25,422 nucleotides of DNA, taken from the NCBI GenBank assembly GCA_046757525.1, contig JBHHYI010000048.1:1-25422 (forward strand), given 5' to 3'. This DNA comes from a bacterium (GTDB taxonomy: Bacteria; Zhuqueibacterota; Zhuqueibacteria; Oceanimicrobiales; Oceanimicrobiaceae). The position numbers and the translations under genes are program-made. A model generated the notes under the pieces. It did not search any database. It saw nothing but the letters and a program-made list of their open reading frames with translations, and was not told the origin of the DNA. Below are positions 17,087 to 25,422 of the stretch, in pieces. How positions within the stretch are numbered: position 1 is the stretch's first letter; the number at the start of each line of letters is the position of its first letter.

Positions 17087-19942
17087 ATGCGAAAACAGAT
17101 TTTCTTCACCATTCTTCTGGGGCTTGTATTCGTGGCTTCGAGTGCAATGGCCCATGAAAAAACCACCCTCAAAATCGATTATGAAAAATACAAACTAAAA
17201 AATGGCCTGGAAGTCATCTTGCATGAGGACCGATCGGATCCCATTGCTGCGGTAGCGATTCTATTTCACGTGGGTTCCAACCGGGAAGTAAAAGGTCGTA
17301 CAGGCTTTGCGCATCTGTTCGAACACATGATGTTCCAGGAGTCCCAGCATGTGGGCCAGGACCAGTTTTTCAAGAAGATTCAAGGCGCAGGCGGCACTCT
17401 GAATGGGGGGACCACCAACGACTTCACCATCTATTTTGAGATCATTCCCAGGAACGCCCTCGAGTTGGCCCTGTGGCTGGAATCGGACCGCATGGGCTAT
17501 CTGCTGCCGACGGTTACCGAGGACGCCTTTGAAAACCAGCAGGAAGTGGTGCAGAATGAAAAAAGGCAGCGGGTCGACAATGTTCCTTATGGCCACACCA
17601 ACTACGTCATCAGCAAGCTGCTCTACCCGGAAAATCATCCTTACAACTGGCAGGTCATCGGCTCGTTCGACGACCTCAAGCACGCCACTATCGAGGACAT
17701 CCGCCGGTTTTTCAAGAAGTGGTACGGGCCCAACAACGCCACCCTGGTCGTCGCCGGCGATTTCGACAAAGCACAAACTAAAGCGTTGATCGAAAAGTAT
17801 TTTGGCGAGATCAAGGCTTCGGCCAAAGTTGGCGAGCCCAAACCCATGCCGGGGCATTTGACCGAAATCAAACGCGCTTACCACGAAGATAATTTCGCCC
17901 GTTCGCCGGAATTGAACGTGGTCTTTCCCACGGTAGAGAATTTCCACAAAGATTCTTACGCGTTGGACCTGCTGGCTGACCTGCTCGCGGACGGCAAAAA
18001 AGCTCCACTGTACAAGGTCCTGGTCGAAGAAAAGAAGCTGGCGCCTTCGGTTTCTGCGTTTCAAAACAGCAGGGAATTAGCCGGAGAGTTTCGCATTCGA
18101 GTCAGAGCGTTTCCGGATAAAAACTTGACCGATGTGGAAAAAGCCATCTTTGAAGCTTTTGCCAAATTTGAAAAAGATGGTTTCACCGACCGCGACCTGG
18201 CAAGGATCAAAGCAAAAACGGAAACCAATTTTTACAACGGTATTTCAAGCATTCTTGGCAAAGCCTTTCAATTGGCCAGCTACAACGAATTCGCTGGCTC
18301 CCCGGCTTTTATTACCAAAGACATTCAACACTCCCTGGACGTGACCAAGGAAGACATCTGGAACGTTTACAACACTTATCTCAAAGGCAAGAACTACGTG
18401 CTTACCAGTTTCGTTCCTAAAGGGAAAACCGATCTGGTGGCCGAGAACTCAACAGAGTTTCCTGTGGTAGAGGAAGACATCGAAAAGGCAGGCGAATTGG
18501 AGACGGCTAAGACTGAGGAGAAGGCCGCGCCGGTTGCGGAAATTCCGTCCAGCTTTGACCGCACCGTTGAACCCGCGAAAGGCCCTGTCCCTGAAGTGAA
18601 GGTCCCGAATGTCTGGACCCACACCTACGAGAACGGCTTGAAGCTCTACGGCATCGAGCAAGACGAGCTGCCGCTGGTGCAGTTTTCACTCACGCTCCAA
18701 GGCGGCCTGCTTCTGGACGCCGCGGACAAAGTCGGCGTGGCAAATCTGATGACCGACATCATGCAGGAAGGCACAAAAAACAAGACGCCCCTGGAACTGG
18801 AAGAGGCCATTGACGAGCTGGGTGCCAGCATTACCATGTACACCACTAAAGAATCCATCGTCATGCAGGCAAACACCCTGGCCTCCAAGCTCGACAAAAC
18901 GTTTGCCTTGTTCGAAGAGATGCTGTTAGAGCCGCGTTGGGACCAGAAAGAATACAAAAGGATCAAAAAGGAAACCATCGAAACCATCAATCGCCAAAAT
19001 GTCAATCCGGCGGTGGTGGCTACCAACGTCTTTAACAAGCTGCTTTACGGGGACAAGAACGTCCTGGCCAATCCCACCTTTGGAACACCGGAATCTGTGG
19101 AGAAGATCACCATTGACGATTTAAAGTCGTTTTACGACAAGAATTATTCCCCGTCAGTTTCTTATGTTGCCATTGTTGGCAATATTTCCAAGGACGATGC
19201 CATCAAGCTGTTCTCACCGCTGGAAAAAAAATGGGCTGCAAAAGCGGTCAAGATTCCTGATTATCCCGTTCCTCCAGCACCCCAGAAAGCGCAACTGTAT
19301 TTCGTCGATTTTCCCAAAGCCAAGCAGTCACAAATTCGCATCGGCTATTTGGCCATGCCCTACACGGATCCCGATTATTACCCGGCCACGGTCATGAACT
19401 ACAAATTGGGTGGCAGCTTCAACGGCTTTTTGAACATGATCCTCAGAGAGGAGAAGGGTTATACCTACGGCGCCCGCTCAGGGTTCTCGGGCACGCACAA
19501 TCCGGGGCCGTTTACCGCTTCCGCCGGCGTGCGTTCAAACGCGACGTTGGAGTCGATGAAAATATTCAAAGAGGAGATCAGCAAATATCGCAGCGGCATT
19601 TCCTCAGAAGACCTCGCTTTCACCAAGAGCGCTTTGATTCAATCCGATGCCCGTCGCTTCGAAACCCTGAGAGCTCTGCGCGGGTTGTTGAACCGAATCG
19701 CAGCGTACGATTTGCCCTTTGATTATGTGAAAAAGTACGAGCAGATCGTGCAGAATATGACCGAGGAGCAGCACAAAGCGCTGGCACAGAAATATCTCAA
19801 CCCCGACCGCATGATCTATCTGGTGGTAGGCGATGCCGAAACCCAGTTGGAGCCGTTGAAAGAATTGGGATTGGGGGATCCGATTTTGTTGGACAAAAAT
19901 GGCAACCGGGTTGCTAAAGAAGAGACGACCATGAAGCAGTAA
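17087..19942 (+). CDS. Secreted M16 (pitrilysin/insulinase, PqqL-like) zinc peptidase with both halves fused
   Basis: AAGGAGG RBS, signal peptide ending AMA, GFAHLFEHMMF, WLESDRMG and C-half LREEKGYTYG. Confidence 0.94.
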   Translation: MRKQIFFTILLGLVFVASSAMAHEKTTLKIDYEKYKLKNGLEVILHEDRSDPIAAVAILFHVGSNREVKGRTGFAHLFEHMMFQESQHVGQDQFFKKIQGAGGTLNGGTTNDFTIYFEIIPRNALELALWLESDRMGYLLPTVTEDAFENQQEVVQNEKRQRVDNVPYGHTNYVISKLLYPENHPYNWQVIGSFDDLKHATIEDIRRFFKKWYGPNNATLVVAGDFDKAQTKALIEKYFGEIKASAKVGEPKPMPGHLTEIKRAYHEDNFARSPELNVVFPTVENFHKDSYALDLLADLLADGKKAPLYKVLVEEKKLAPSVSAFQNSRELAGEFRIRVRAFPDKNLTDVEKAIFEAFAKFEKDGFTDRDLARIKAKTETNFYNGISSILGKAFQLASYNEFAGSPAFITKDIQHSLDVTKEDIWNVYNTYLKGKNYVLTSFVPKGKTDLVAENSTEFPVVEEDIEKAGELETAKTEEKAAPVAEIPSSFDRTVEPAKGPVPEVKVPNVWTHTYENGLKLYGIEQDELPLVQFSLTLQGGLLLDAADKVGVANLMTDIMQEGTKNKTPLELEEAIDELGASITMYTTKESIVMQANTLASKLDKTFALFEEMLLEPRWDQKEYKRIKKETIETINRQNVNPAVVATNVFNKLLYGDKNVLANPTFGTPESVEKITIDDLKSFYDKNYSPSVSYVAIVGNISKDDAIKLFSPLEKKWAAKAVKIPDYPVPPAPQKAQLYFVDFPKAKQSQIRIGYLAMPYTDPDYYPATVMNYKLGGSFNGFLNMILREEKGYTYGARSGFSGTHNPGPFTASAGVRSNATLESMKIFKEEISKYRSGISSEDLAFTKSALIQSDARRFETLRALRGLLNRIAAYDLPFDYVKKYEQIVQNMTEEQHKALAQKYLNPDRMIYLVVGDAETQLEPLKELGLGDPILLDKNGNRVAKEETTMKQ

Positions 19943-19985
19943 AATCGATCAGCGGCTGCTCACGCTTGATTTCGGTTTGAATTTG

Positions 19986-20054
19986 AAGGGCCTATTCGAA
20001 AGCTGCCAAGACCGTCTTAGATCGACCTTGCTTGTGGTTTTCGGGTAGGCTCTT
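19986..20054 (+). repeat. Long G-U-rich hairpin downstream of the peptidase (terminator or stabiliser candidate)
   Basis: 19986-20006 pairs with 20034-20054 over 21 contiguous positions (6 G-U), plus CAAG/CTTG after a 3-nt bulge. Confidence 0.7.
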
Positions 20055-20082
20055 GTTAAAAACGCAGGCTTTCGGCTAAATC

Positions 20083-20117
20083 CACCTTTACTAAACTTCG
20101 AAAGTTTAGTAAAGGTG
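20083..20117. repeat. Perfect 16-bp inverted repeat with 3-nt loop
   Basis: CACCTTTACTAAACTT-CGA-AAGTTTAGTAAAGGTG. Confidence 0.85.
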
Positions 20118-20475
20118 TGGCTTTACAAATAAACCTCCGCTCGCTTTGGCGGAGAAGCTGCAAGATCAAAAAAGGAGGGATGCCTTTTAGAACAATCTGA
20201 AGCAGGTCAATAGGAGGGTAGCCGATCGTTGAGATTCCCGACTCCATCCGATTTTAGATATATTGACAAAAAACGATTGAAGTGCCGTGAAGCAGATGCT
20301 TCATGCCTAACTAAGACGAAGAACGAATCTTAGAACAATCATCCCACCACGACGGAGATTTGCTGCATTCCCTGAGAGGACGCAGAAACTTTCCAATCAC
20401 TTATTATTCTTTCCTAAGACCAAATCCTTTCTAACCCTCCGCATAAACTCATTACACCTTTCTTGGGGTGAGAGA

Positions 20476-23400
20476 ATGGGCAAAAAATGCAAAAGTTTGA
20501 CATTTCTTTCTTTCATTTTCTTGATTGAGTCGCCATTTATTCCTCCGGTACAAGCCCAAACCCGTGCCGTTAACGGCGAATTCATGACCGACTGGCTCCT
20601 GCTGGGCCCCTTGTTTCCGAACGACCTGGACCGGGATTTCCTCGCCAGTGCAGGTGGCGAGGCGAACGCCCACCCAACCGAAGGCGATATCGTTATCACC
20701 ACGCAGGGAGACACGCTCAGGTGGAAACGTTACCGCTCCATTGGCAGCATCATCGATTTGGACCATGCCATTGGGGACTATGACAATGCGACCCTCTATG
20801 CCTTCTGTATTCTGCAAAGTGATAGAGACGGCAAAATGCAGTTCGTGCTGGGCAGCAACGATGGGGTCGCTGTGTGGATCAATGGCGAGCAGGTACACCG
20901 AAATTCCGTGTTCCGTGATATTACGGTTGATGAGGACACGTTTGCAGTGGACTTGAAAGCCGGTGCCAACCGTTGTCTGGTGAAGATAACCGAAATACGG
21001 GGCACGTGGGAATTCGCCATGCGCGCCTATCCTTACGACCGGCCGGTAGCCGCCACCCCGACCATCAGTTGGTGGGAGAACAGCATAGATAATTTGAAAT
21101 TAGCATTCTGGTTTCTGAGGTTCAACTGGAAGTACCACCCAGGCGATAATCCCGAATGGGCCGGGCCTGATTTTGACGACCGCCATTGGCAAGGAACGCA
21201 TACGCTGTTTGCGCCTCATAAACTGCCCGGCGATTGGAACGGCATCGGTTGGTTTAGGTTACACCTTGCCGTCGATTCCACACTTTGGAACAGACCCCTG
21301 GCATTGAACCTGTGGTTATGGGGAGCGGCGGAGATTTACCTGGATGGCGCACTCCTTGCGCAATACGGCAAAGTCGGTCTCTCAATGAGTGATGAAGAAG
21401 GTCACGTTGCCCAGCCTGAGCTCAATCCTCCCCGATCCATCGTTTTCGGTGACCAGACGGATCATGTTATTGCCATACGGTATTCAAACTTCTTTCTCCT
21501 GGAAAAAGCGCCGAATATTTGGCACGGCTTTCGAGTCGTTTTGCGAGATTTGGACAGCGCCATTGCCTCAAGCGCTGAACAAAGACGAACCAATACAAAC
21601 ATGCTGATGATCACGACCACCGTGCCGATTGTTTTTGCCGTGCTGCACCTCTTGCTATTTTTGTTTTATCGTCGCGCCACAGAAAACCTCTATTATGCCC
21701 TACTGACCCTGGCGATCGGCGCCATGTCTTTCTTTGGGTTCCAGTACAGAATGTCTTTTATGACCGACCTCAGGCAGGCATATCTTTATCATAACCTCAG
21801 TCAGATTCTGTTATTGTTTACCGCCGTAGCCGGTTTGCGGTTCTTATATGCCATTTTTTATCCCAGGCTTCCCAGGCAGCTCTGGGTCTTTCTTTTCATT
21901 TACATTGCCGTTGTCATCTGGATTTGGGACAACCCGTTCCACACCGAAGACTATGCCAACTGGTTTGCGGCGACAACGATCCTGGAAATGCTTCGCATTA
22001 TCGTTGTTGCCATCTTGAGGAAAAAAGATGGCGCGTGGATTATTGGCGCAGGAATGATGTTTATGGCTGTATTGTTTGGCTCGTCGATTGTTCTGACTGG
22101 GATTGGAATCCTACCTGCGACCTTGTTGTTCGAGGTCACTTTGCCGGTCCTCGGCATTGCCGGTCTTCTGCTTTCGATGTCCTTCTATCTGGCACGCCAC
22201 TTCGCCCAAACCAACGAGAACCTGCAAGCCCAACTGGCACAGGTCAACGAGCTTTCGGCAAAGACCTTGCAGCAGGAGCTTGAACGAGCAAAATTGCAAC
22301 ACGAGTTGGAATTAGAGCATCTCCAGGCAGAGAAACTCCAGGGACTGGACCAATTGAAGTCGCGCTTTTTTGCCAATATCTCCCACGAGTTCCGCACACC
22401 GCTCACGCTCATCCTCGGGACGTTAGAAAAATTTCTCTCGGATAGCTTTGAAGAATCTGTGAGAAAACAATTCCGGGTGATGCTTCGCAATGGCCGGCGC
22501 TTGCTGCGACTGATCAACCAACTGCTCGATCTCTCCAGGTTGGAAGCCGGTAGCATGTCGCTGAAAGCCGGGCCGGAAAACATCATCCCGTTTCTCAAAG
22601 GCATCGTACTTTCCTTCTCTTCGCTGGCCGAGCGCAGGAAAATCGCCCTGCGGTTTCAACCGCCTCAACCTTCCAAAGGTTTGATTGTTTACGTTGATCG
22701 AGATAAATTGGAGAAGATCGTCTTCAATCTGCTCTCAAACGCCTTTAAATTTACCCCGGAAGGCGGAGAAATTGCTGTCAGGGTGTCGGTTCACCCCCCT
22801 CATTCGTCGCCCACCGGTCGGCGAGGAAGTCAATGGAAATGTGGTTTTGTAGAAATTATGGTCAGCGATAGCGGGCTTGGAATACCGCCTGAAGAACTGC
22901 AAAAGGTTTTCGACCGCTTCTATCAGGCGAACGATTCTTACGCACGCGAGCACGAAGGCAGCGGCATTGGCCTGGCGCTGACTAAAGAACTGGTTGAACT
23001 GCATCGGGGAGAAATTGAGGTCATTAGCGAGCCAGGCAAGAGAACGACCTTCACAGTTTGTCTGCCGCTGGGGACAGCACATCTCCAACCCGAGGAGATC
23101 GTCGCGGAAACACGCTCCTTTTCTTCCCCCCTCGAGCAGGGATCAAAGGGGTTGTACACCCCGTCATCGGAAGAAATCTTGCAGGATGCGCCGGCACAAG
23201 AACCTGCCTCAGGTTCCGAACCGGCGGAAGGGAACGACAGTCCTCCAATCGTTCTTATCATTGAAGACAATGCCGATGTTCGCTCCTATATCTGCGACTA
23301 TCTGGACCATGACTATCAAATCAGGGAAGCCGTAGACGGCGAAGAAGGCTTTGAAAAATCCGTCGAAATGGTTCCCGATTTAATTATCAGCGATGTCATG

Positions 23401-23997
23401 ATGCCCGGAATTGACGGTTACGAACTTTGCCGCAGACTGAAAACAGATGAACGAACCAGCCACATCCCAATCGTCCTGCTCACCGCTCGGGCTTCTGGTG
23501 AAAGTAAAGTAGAAGGCCTGCAAACTGGTGCGGATGATTACATCACCAAACCGTTCGATGCCTGCGAGCTTCAGGTTCGCGTTAAGAATTTGATTGAGCA
23601 GCGGCGCAAATTACGGGAGCGCTTCCGCAAGGAAGTGACCTTGCAGCCCAAAGATGTGGCCATTACCTCCATGGATGCACAATTCCTGCAAAGGGCCATG
23701 GAGGTTATCGAAGAGAACCTATCAGACCCGGAATTCAGCACAGATCTGTTTGCGCGGAAAGTAGCCATGAGCCGTATGCAGTTGCATCGCAAGCTGCGGG
23801 CGCTTACAGGCCAGTCAACCCACGAATTTTTGCGCACCTACCGGTTGCAACGCGCCGCCCAATTGTTGCAATACCGTGCAGGTACCGTCACAGAAATCTG
23901 TTACGACGTCGGTTTCAACAGTCTTTCCCATTTTGCCAGGGTCTTCCGCAAACAATTTGGGCAATCCCCCTCCGAATTTGCTGCCCGCCACTCATAG
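20476..23997 (+). CDS. Hybrid two-component regulator: two extracellular beta-sandwich domains, 7TM (DISM-like), HisKA, HATPase, REC and AraC HTH
   Basis: Signal peptide, then WLLLGP...GSNDGVAVWINGE...LKAGANRCLVKI and WKYHPGDNPEWA...GIGWFR, then about 7 TM helices. FANISHEFRTPLT, NLLSNAFKFT, DSGLGI, GSGIGL, IIEDN/ISDVMMP/ITKPF and VGFNSLSHFARVFRKQFG follow. Confidence 0.95.
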   Translation: MGKKCKSLTFLSFIFLIESPFIPPVQAQTRAVNGEFMTDWLLLGPLFPNDLDRDFLASAGGEANAHPTEGDIVITTQGDTLRWKRYRSIGSIIDLDHAIGDYDNATLYAFCILQSDRDGKMQFVLGSNDGVAVWINGEQVHRNSVFRDITVDEDTFAVDLKAGANRCLVKITEIRGTWEFAMRAYPYDRPVAATPTISWWENSIDNLKLAFWFLRFNWKYHPGDNPEWAGPDFDDRHWQGTHTLFAPHKLPGDWNGIGWFRLHLAVDSTLWNRPLALNLWLWGAAEIYLDGALLAQYGKVGLSMSDEEGHVAQPELNPPRSIVFGDQTDHVIAIRYSNFFLLEKAPNIWHGFRVVLRDLDSAIASSAEQRRTNTNMLMITTTVPIVFAVLHLLLFLFYRRATENLYYALLTLAIGAMSFFGFQYRMSFMTDLRQAYLYHNLSQILLLFTAVAGLRFLYAIFYPRLPRQLWVFLFIYIAVVIWIWDNPFHTEDYANWFAATTILEMLRIIVVAILRKKDGAWIIGAGMMFMAVLFGSSIVLTGIGILPATLLFEVTLPVLGIAGLLLSMSFYLARHFAQTNENLQAQLAQVNELSAKTLQQELERAKLQHELELEHLQAEKLQGLDQLKSRFFANISHEFRTPLTLILGTLEKFLSDSFEESVRKQFRVMLRNGRRLLRLINQLLDLSRLEAGSMSLKAGPENIIPFLKGIVLSFSSLAERRKIALRFQPPQPSKGLIVYVDRDKLEKIVFNLLSNAFKFTPEGGEIAVRVSVHPPHSSPTGRRGSQWKCGFVEIMVSDSGLGIPPEELQKVFDRFYQANDSYAREHEGSGIGLALTKELVELHRGEIEVISEPGKRTTFTVCLPLGTAHLQPEEIVAETRSFSSPLEQGSKGLYTPSSEEILQDAPAQEPASGSEPAEGNDSPPIVLIIEDNADVRSYICDYLDHDYQIREAVDGEEGFEKSVEMVPDLIISDVMMPGIDGYELCRRLKTDERTSHIPIVLLTARASGESKVEGLQTGADDYITKPFDACELQVRVKNLIEQRRKLRERFRKEVTLQPKDVAITSMDAQFLQRAMEVIEENLSDPEFSTDLFARKVAMSRMQLHRKLRALTGQSTHEFLRTYRLQRAAQLLQYRAGTVTEICYDVGFNSLSHFARVFRKQFGQSPSEFAARHS

Positions 23998-24025
23998 TGC
24001 TAAACTAAAATTGCTTCTTCCGGCT

Positions 24026-24102
24026 TGTCATTTCGACCGCACGAAGTCAGGGCGAAATCTGGCCAAGCACCCAAACGACAAGTACCTACCAAACAAGATT
24101 TC
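24026..24102 (+). repeat. Truncated TGTCAT-type palindromic element, copy D
   Basis: TGTCATTTCGA...GAAATCT (24054-24060)...AGATTTC (24096-24102). The right ATGACA end is missing. Confidence 0.55.
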
Positions 24103-24109
24103 TTCCCGG

Positions 24110-24176
24110 CTTTGTTACATCACCGCTAATCTTTGTTACACCGCCGTTAGCAAAGCCTGCTTTGATTTTGTAAATT
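24110..24176 (+). promoter_or_regulatory. Candidate AraC/HTCS operator (21-bp-period direct repeat) and promoter
   Basis: CTTTGTTACATCACCGCTA (24110-24128) and CTTTGTTACACCGCCGTTA (24131-24149), 16/19 identical. Weak -35 TAGCAA (24148-24153), 17-nt spacer, -10 TAAATT (24171-24176). Confidence 0.7.
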
Positions 24177-24383
24177 GCAGAAAGTTAAATCAATATCCGC
24201 GACAACATCCTGTGCTCCTCGAATGTTCCCGTGAATTAACTAAGGGAGGTGATAAGTCTAAAGTACTTCAGAGGCCGAACATGGTGCTTTTTGTGACTTC
24301 AACAAGCTACGACAGGGCGATGTTAGACAAGCCGTATGAGAATAATTAGTCGAGGATTTCACAATAAATTTGAGGAGGTAAAA

Positions 24384-24833
24384 ATGCAACGTACAAATCA
24401 TAATTTGCTTTTCTTGGTGTTATTGATGGCTTCTATTTTTTGGATTGCTTGTGGGGACGGAGACAATCCATTAGCACCGAGTAAATTGTCAGGAAGCTGG
24501 AAATTCGTTTCGCTTACGGATAAGGCGAGCAGTACTACAATGACTGCTGGTGATCAAGTGGACATCAATGGCCTGACAGGTACCATAACCGGAACCCTTG
24601 TATTGACTGAAACGACCTTTACTTTTACGTTTACCATAACACCTACAGGCGCACCGCCACAAACGTTAACCTTTTCGGGCACTTATACCATTAGTAGTTC
24701 TACTCTCACTGCGGTAGTTACTAATTCCACTATCCCGGATGTCGAGGTTGGAACTACTACTTTCACTATTACTCGCAGTGGAAATCGATTGACCTTTGAA
24801 GATAACGAAAGCAAATGGGTGTATGAAAAATAA
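24384..24833 (+). CDS. Lipocalin-like lipoprotein
   Basis: GAGGAGG RBS before ATG 24384, lipobox WIAC, LSGSWKFVS (GxW motif), Thr-rich beta strands, SGTYTISSSTLT and terminal WVYEK. Confidence 0.78.
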   Translation: MQRTNHNLLFLVLLMASIFWIACGDGDNPLAPSKLSGSWKFVSLTDKASSTTMTAGDQVDINGLTGTITGTLVLTETTFTFTFTITPTGAPPQTLTFSGTYTISSSTLTAVVTNSTIPDVEVGTTTFTITRSGNRLTFEDNESKWVYEK

Positions 24834-24875
24834 TAATCCATTAAATTCATCTGACTTAGTAACTGGAGGATTATC

Positions 24876-25385
24876 ATGAAACACAAAAGTCTTGTTTTCG
24901 TAGTTCTTGCCACAGTCCTGCTCATTTTCGGCTGTGGCCAGCAGAACCCCACCGCTTTACAAAGCGCAGATGGCACCTCGTTAGCAAAGAGAACCATCAC
25001 GCCCGTTCAGGGAGAAGTGGACCTGGGACCGGCGGAAGATCCGGGTAGAGTTTTTGTGGACGAAGACGGCGTGACGCACTTTGTGGGCGCAACCAATCTG
25101 GGAACGTTCACGGGTGATTTAGGTGAAGGATCCGTTACTTTTGTATTCAATGCCACCCTTGACGCGACCGGTAGTGGCCCCTTTAATGGGCAGGTCACCC
25201 TTGCCACCGATCAAGGCACCTGGGAAGGGCACGTCAGAGGCCAGACCGTGTTTGGGCAGTCTTCTGGAGAATTCAAGCTTCAAGGAACTGGAGAATTCGC
25301 GGGAATGAAGGTGCTGGGGACATTTGAGGAGATTGATGATACAGGCGTGATCGCCTTTGAAGCAACGCTGGTCCAGACCAACTAA
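24876..25385 (+). CDS. Hypothetical lipoprotein, predicted Gly-rich beta-barrel (AOC/dirigent/DUF3224-like motif)
   Basis: GGAGG RBS, lipobox IFGC, alternating beta pattern and QGTGEFAGMKVLG near the C-terminus. Confidence 0.72.
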   Translation: MKHKSLVFVVLATVLLIFGCGQQNPTALQSADGTSLAKRTITPVQGEVDLGPAEDPGRVFVDEDGVTHFVGATNLGTFTGDLGEGSVTFVFNATLDATGSGPFNGQVTLATDQGTWEGHVRGQTVFGQSSGEFKLQGTGEFAGMKVLGTFEEIDDTGVIAFEATLVQTN

Positions 25386-25392
25386 TTTCAAC

Positions 25393-25422
25393 TTTGGGGG
25401 GAGGCTTTGCCCTCCCCCTAAA
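25393..25422 (+). terminator. GC-rich hairpin after the last gene (terminator or REP; reaches the window edge)
   Basis: TTTGGGGGGAGG-CTTTGC-CCTCCCCCTAAA, 12 bp with one G-U pair. No U-tract is visible within the window. Confidence 0.5.

Noticed and set aside
20286..20305. Small palindrome CGTGAAGCA-GA-TGCTTCATG
   Set aside because: It is a single short copy, and no function can be supported.
24110..24149. Direct repeat considered as a mini-CRISPR
   Set aside because: There are only two adjacent units, no spacer-length sequence and no cas genes; an operator fits better.
23876..24349. 157-aa ORF overlapping the end of the hybrid regulator
   Set aside because: It crosses a repeat and the predicted operator/promoter and has no protein-like signature.

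Overview
Bacterial chromosomal window with no rRNA, tRNA, CRISPR array, integrase or transposase seen. The gene style suggests an FCB-group organism such as KSB1 or Calditrichota; this is inference only. The left part is a minus-strand run of AlaX editing protein, paraoxonase-like lactonase, flavin monooxygenase, SDR, DUF4870 protein, voltage-gated K+ channel, NADPH-dependent FMN reductase and aromatic amino-acid decarboxylase. Next is an AT-rich patch with two divergent antitoxin genes whose toxin partners appear cut down to stubs of about 20 codons. It is followed by a TatT/TatP/fused-QM (TPAT) TRAP transporter and two divergent full-length secreted M16 peptidases. The right end has a 7TM hybrid kinase-REC-AraC regulator, a 21-bp-period direct-repeat operator and two beta-barrel lipoprotein genes. 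Intergenic DNA holds a family of nested TGTCAT...ATGACA palindromic elements and long G-U-rich hairpins.
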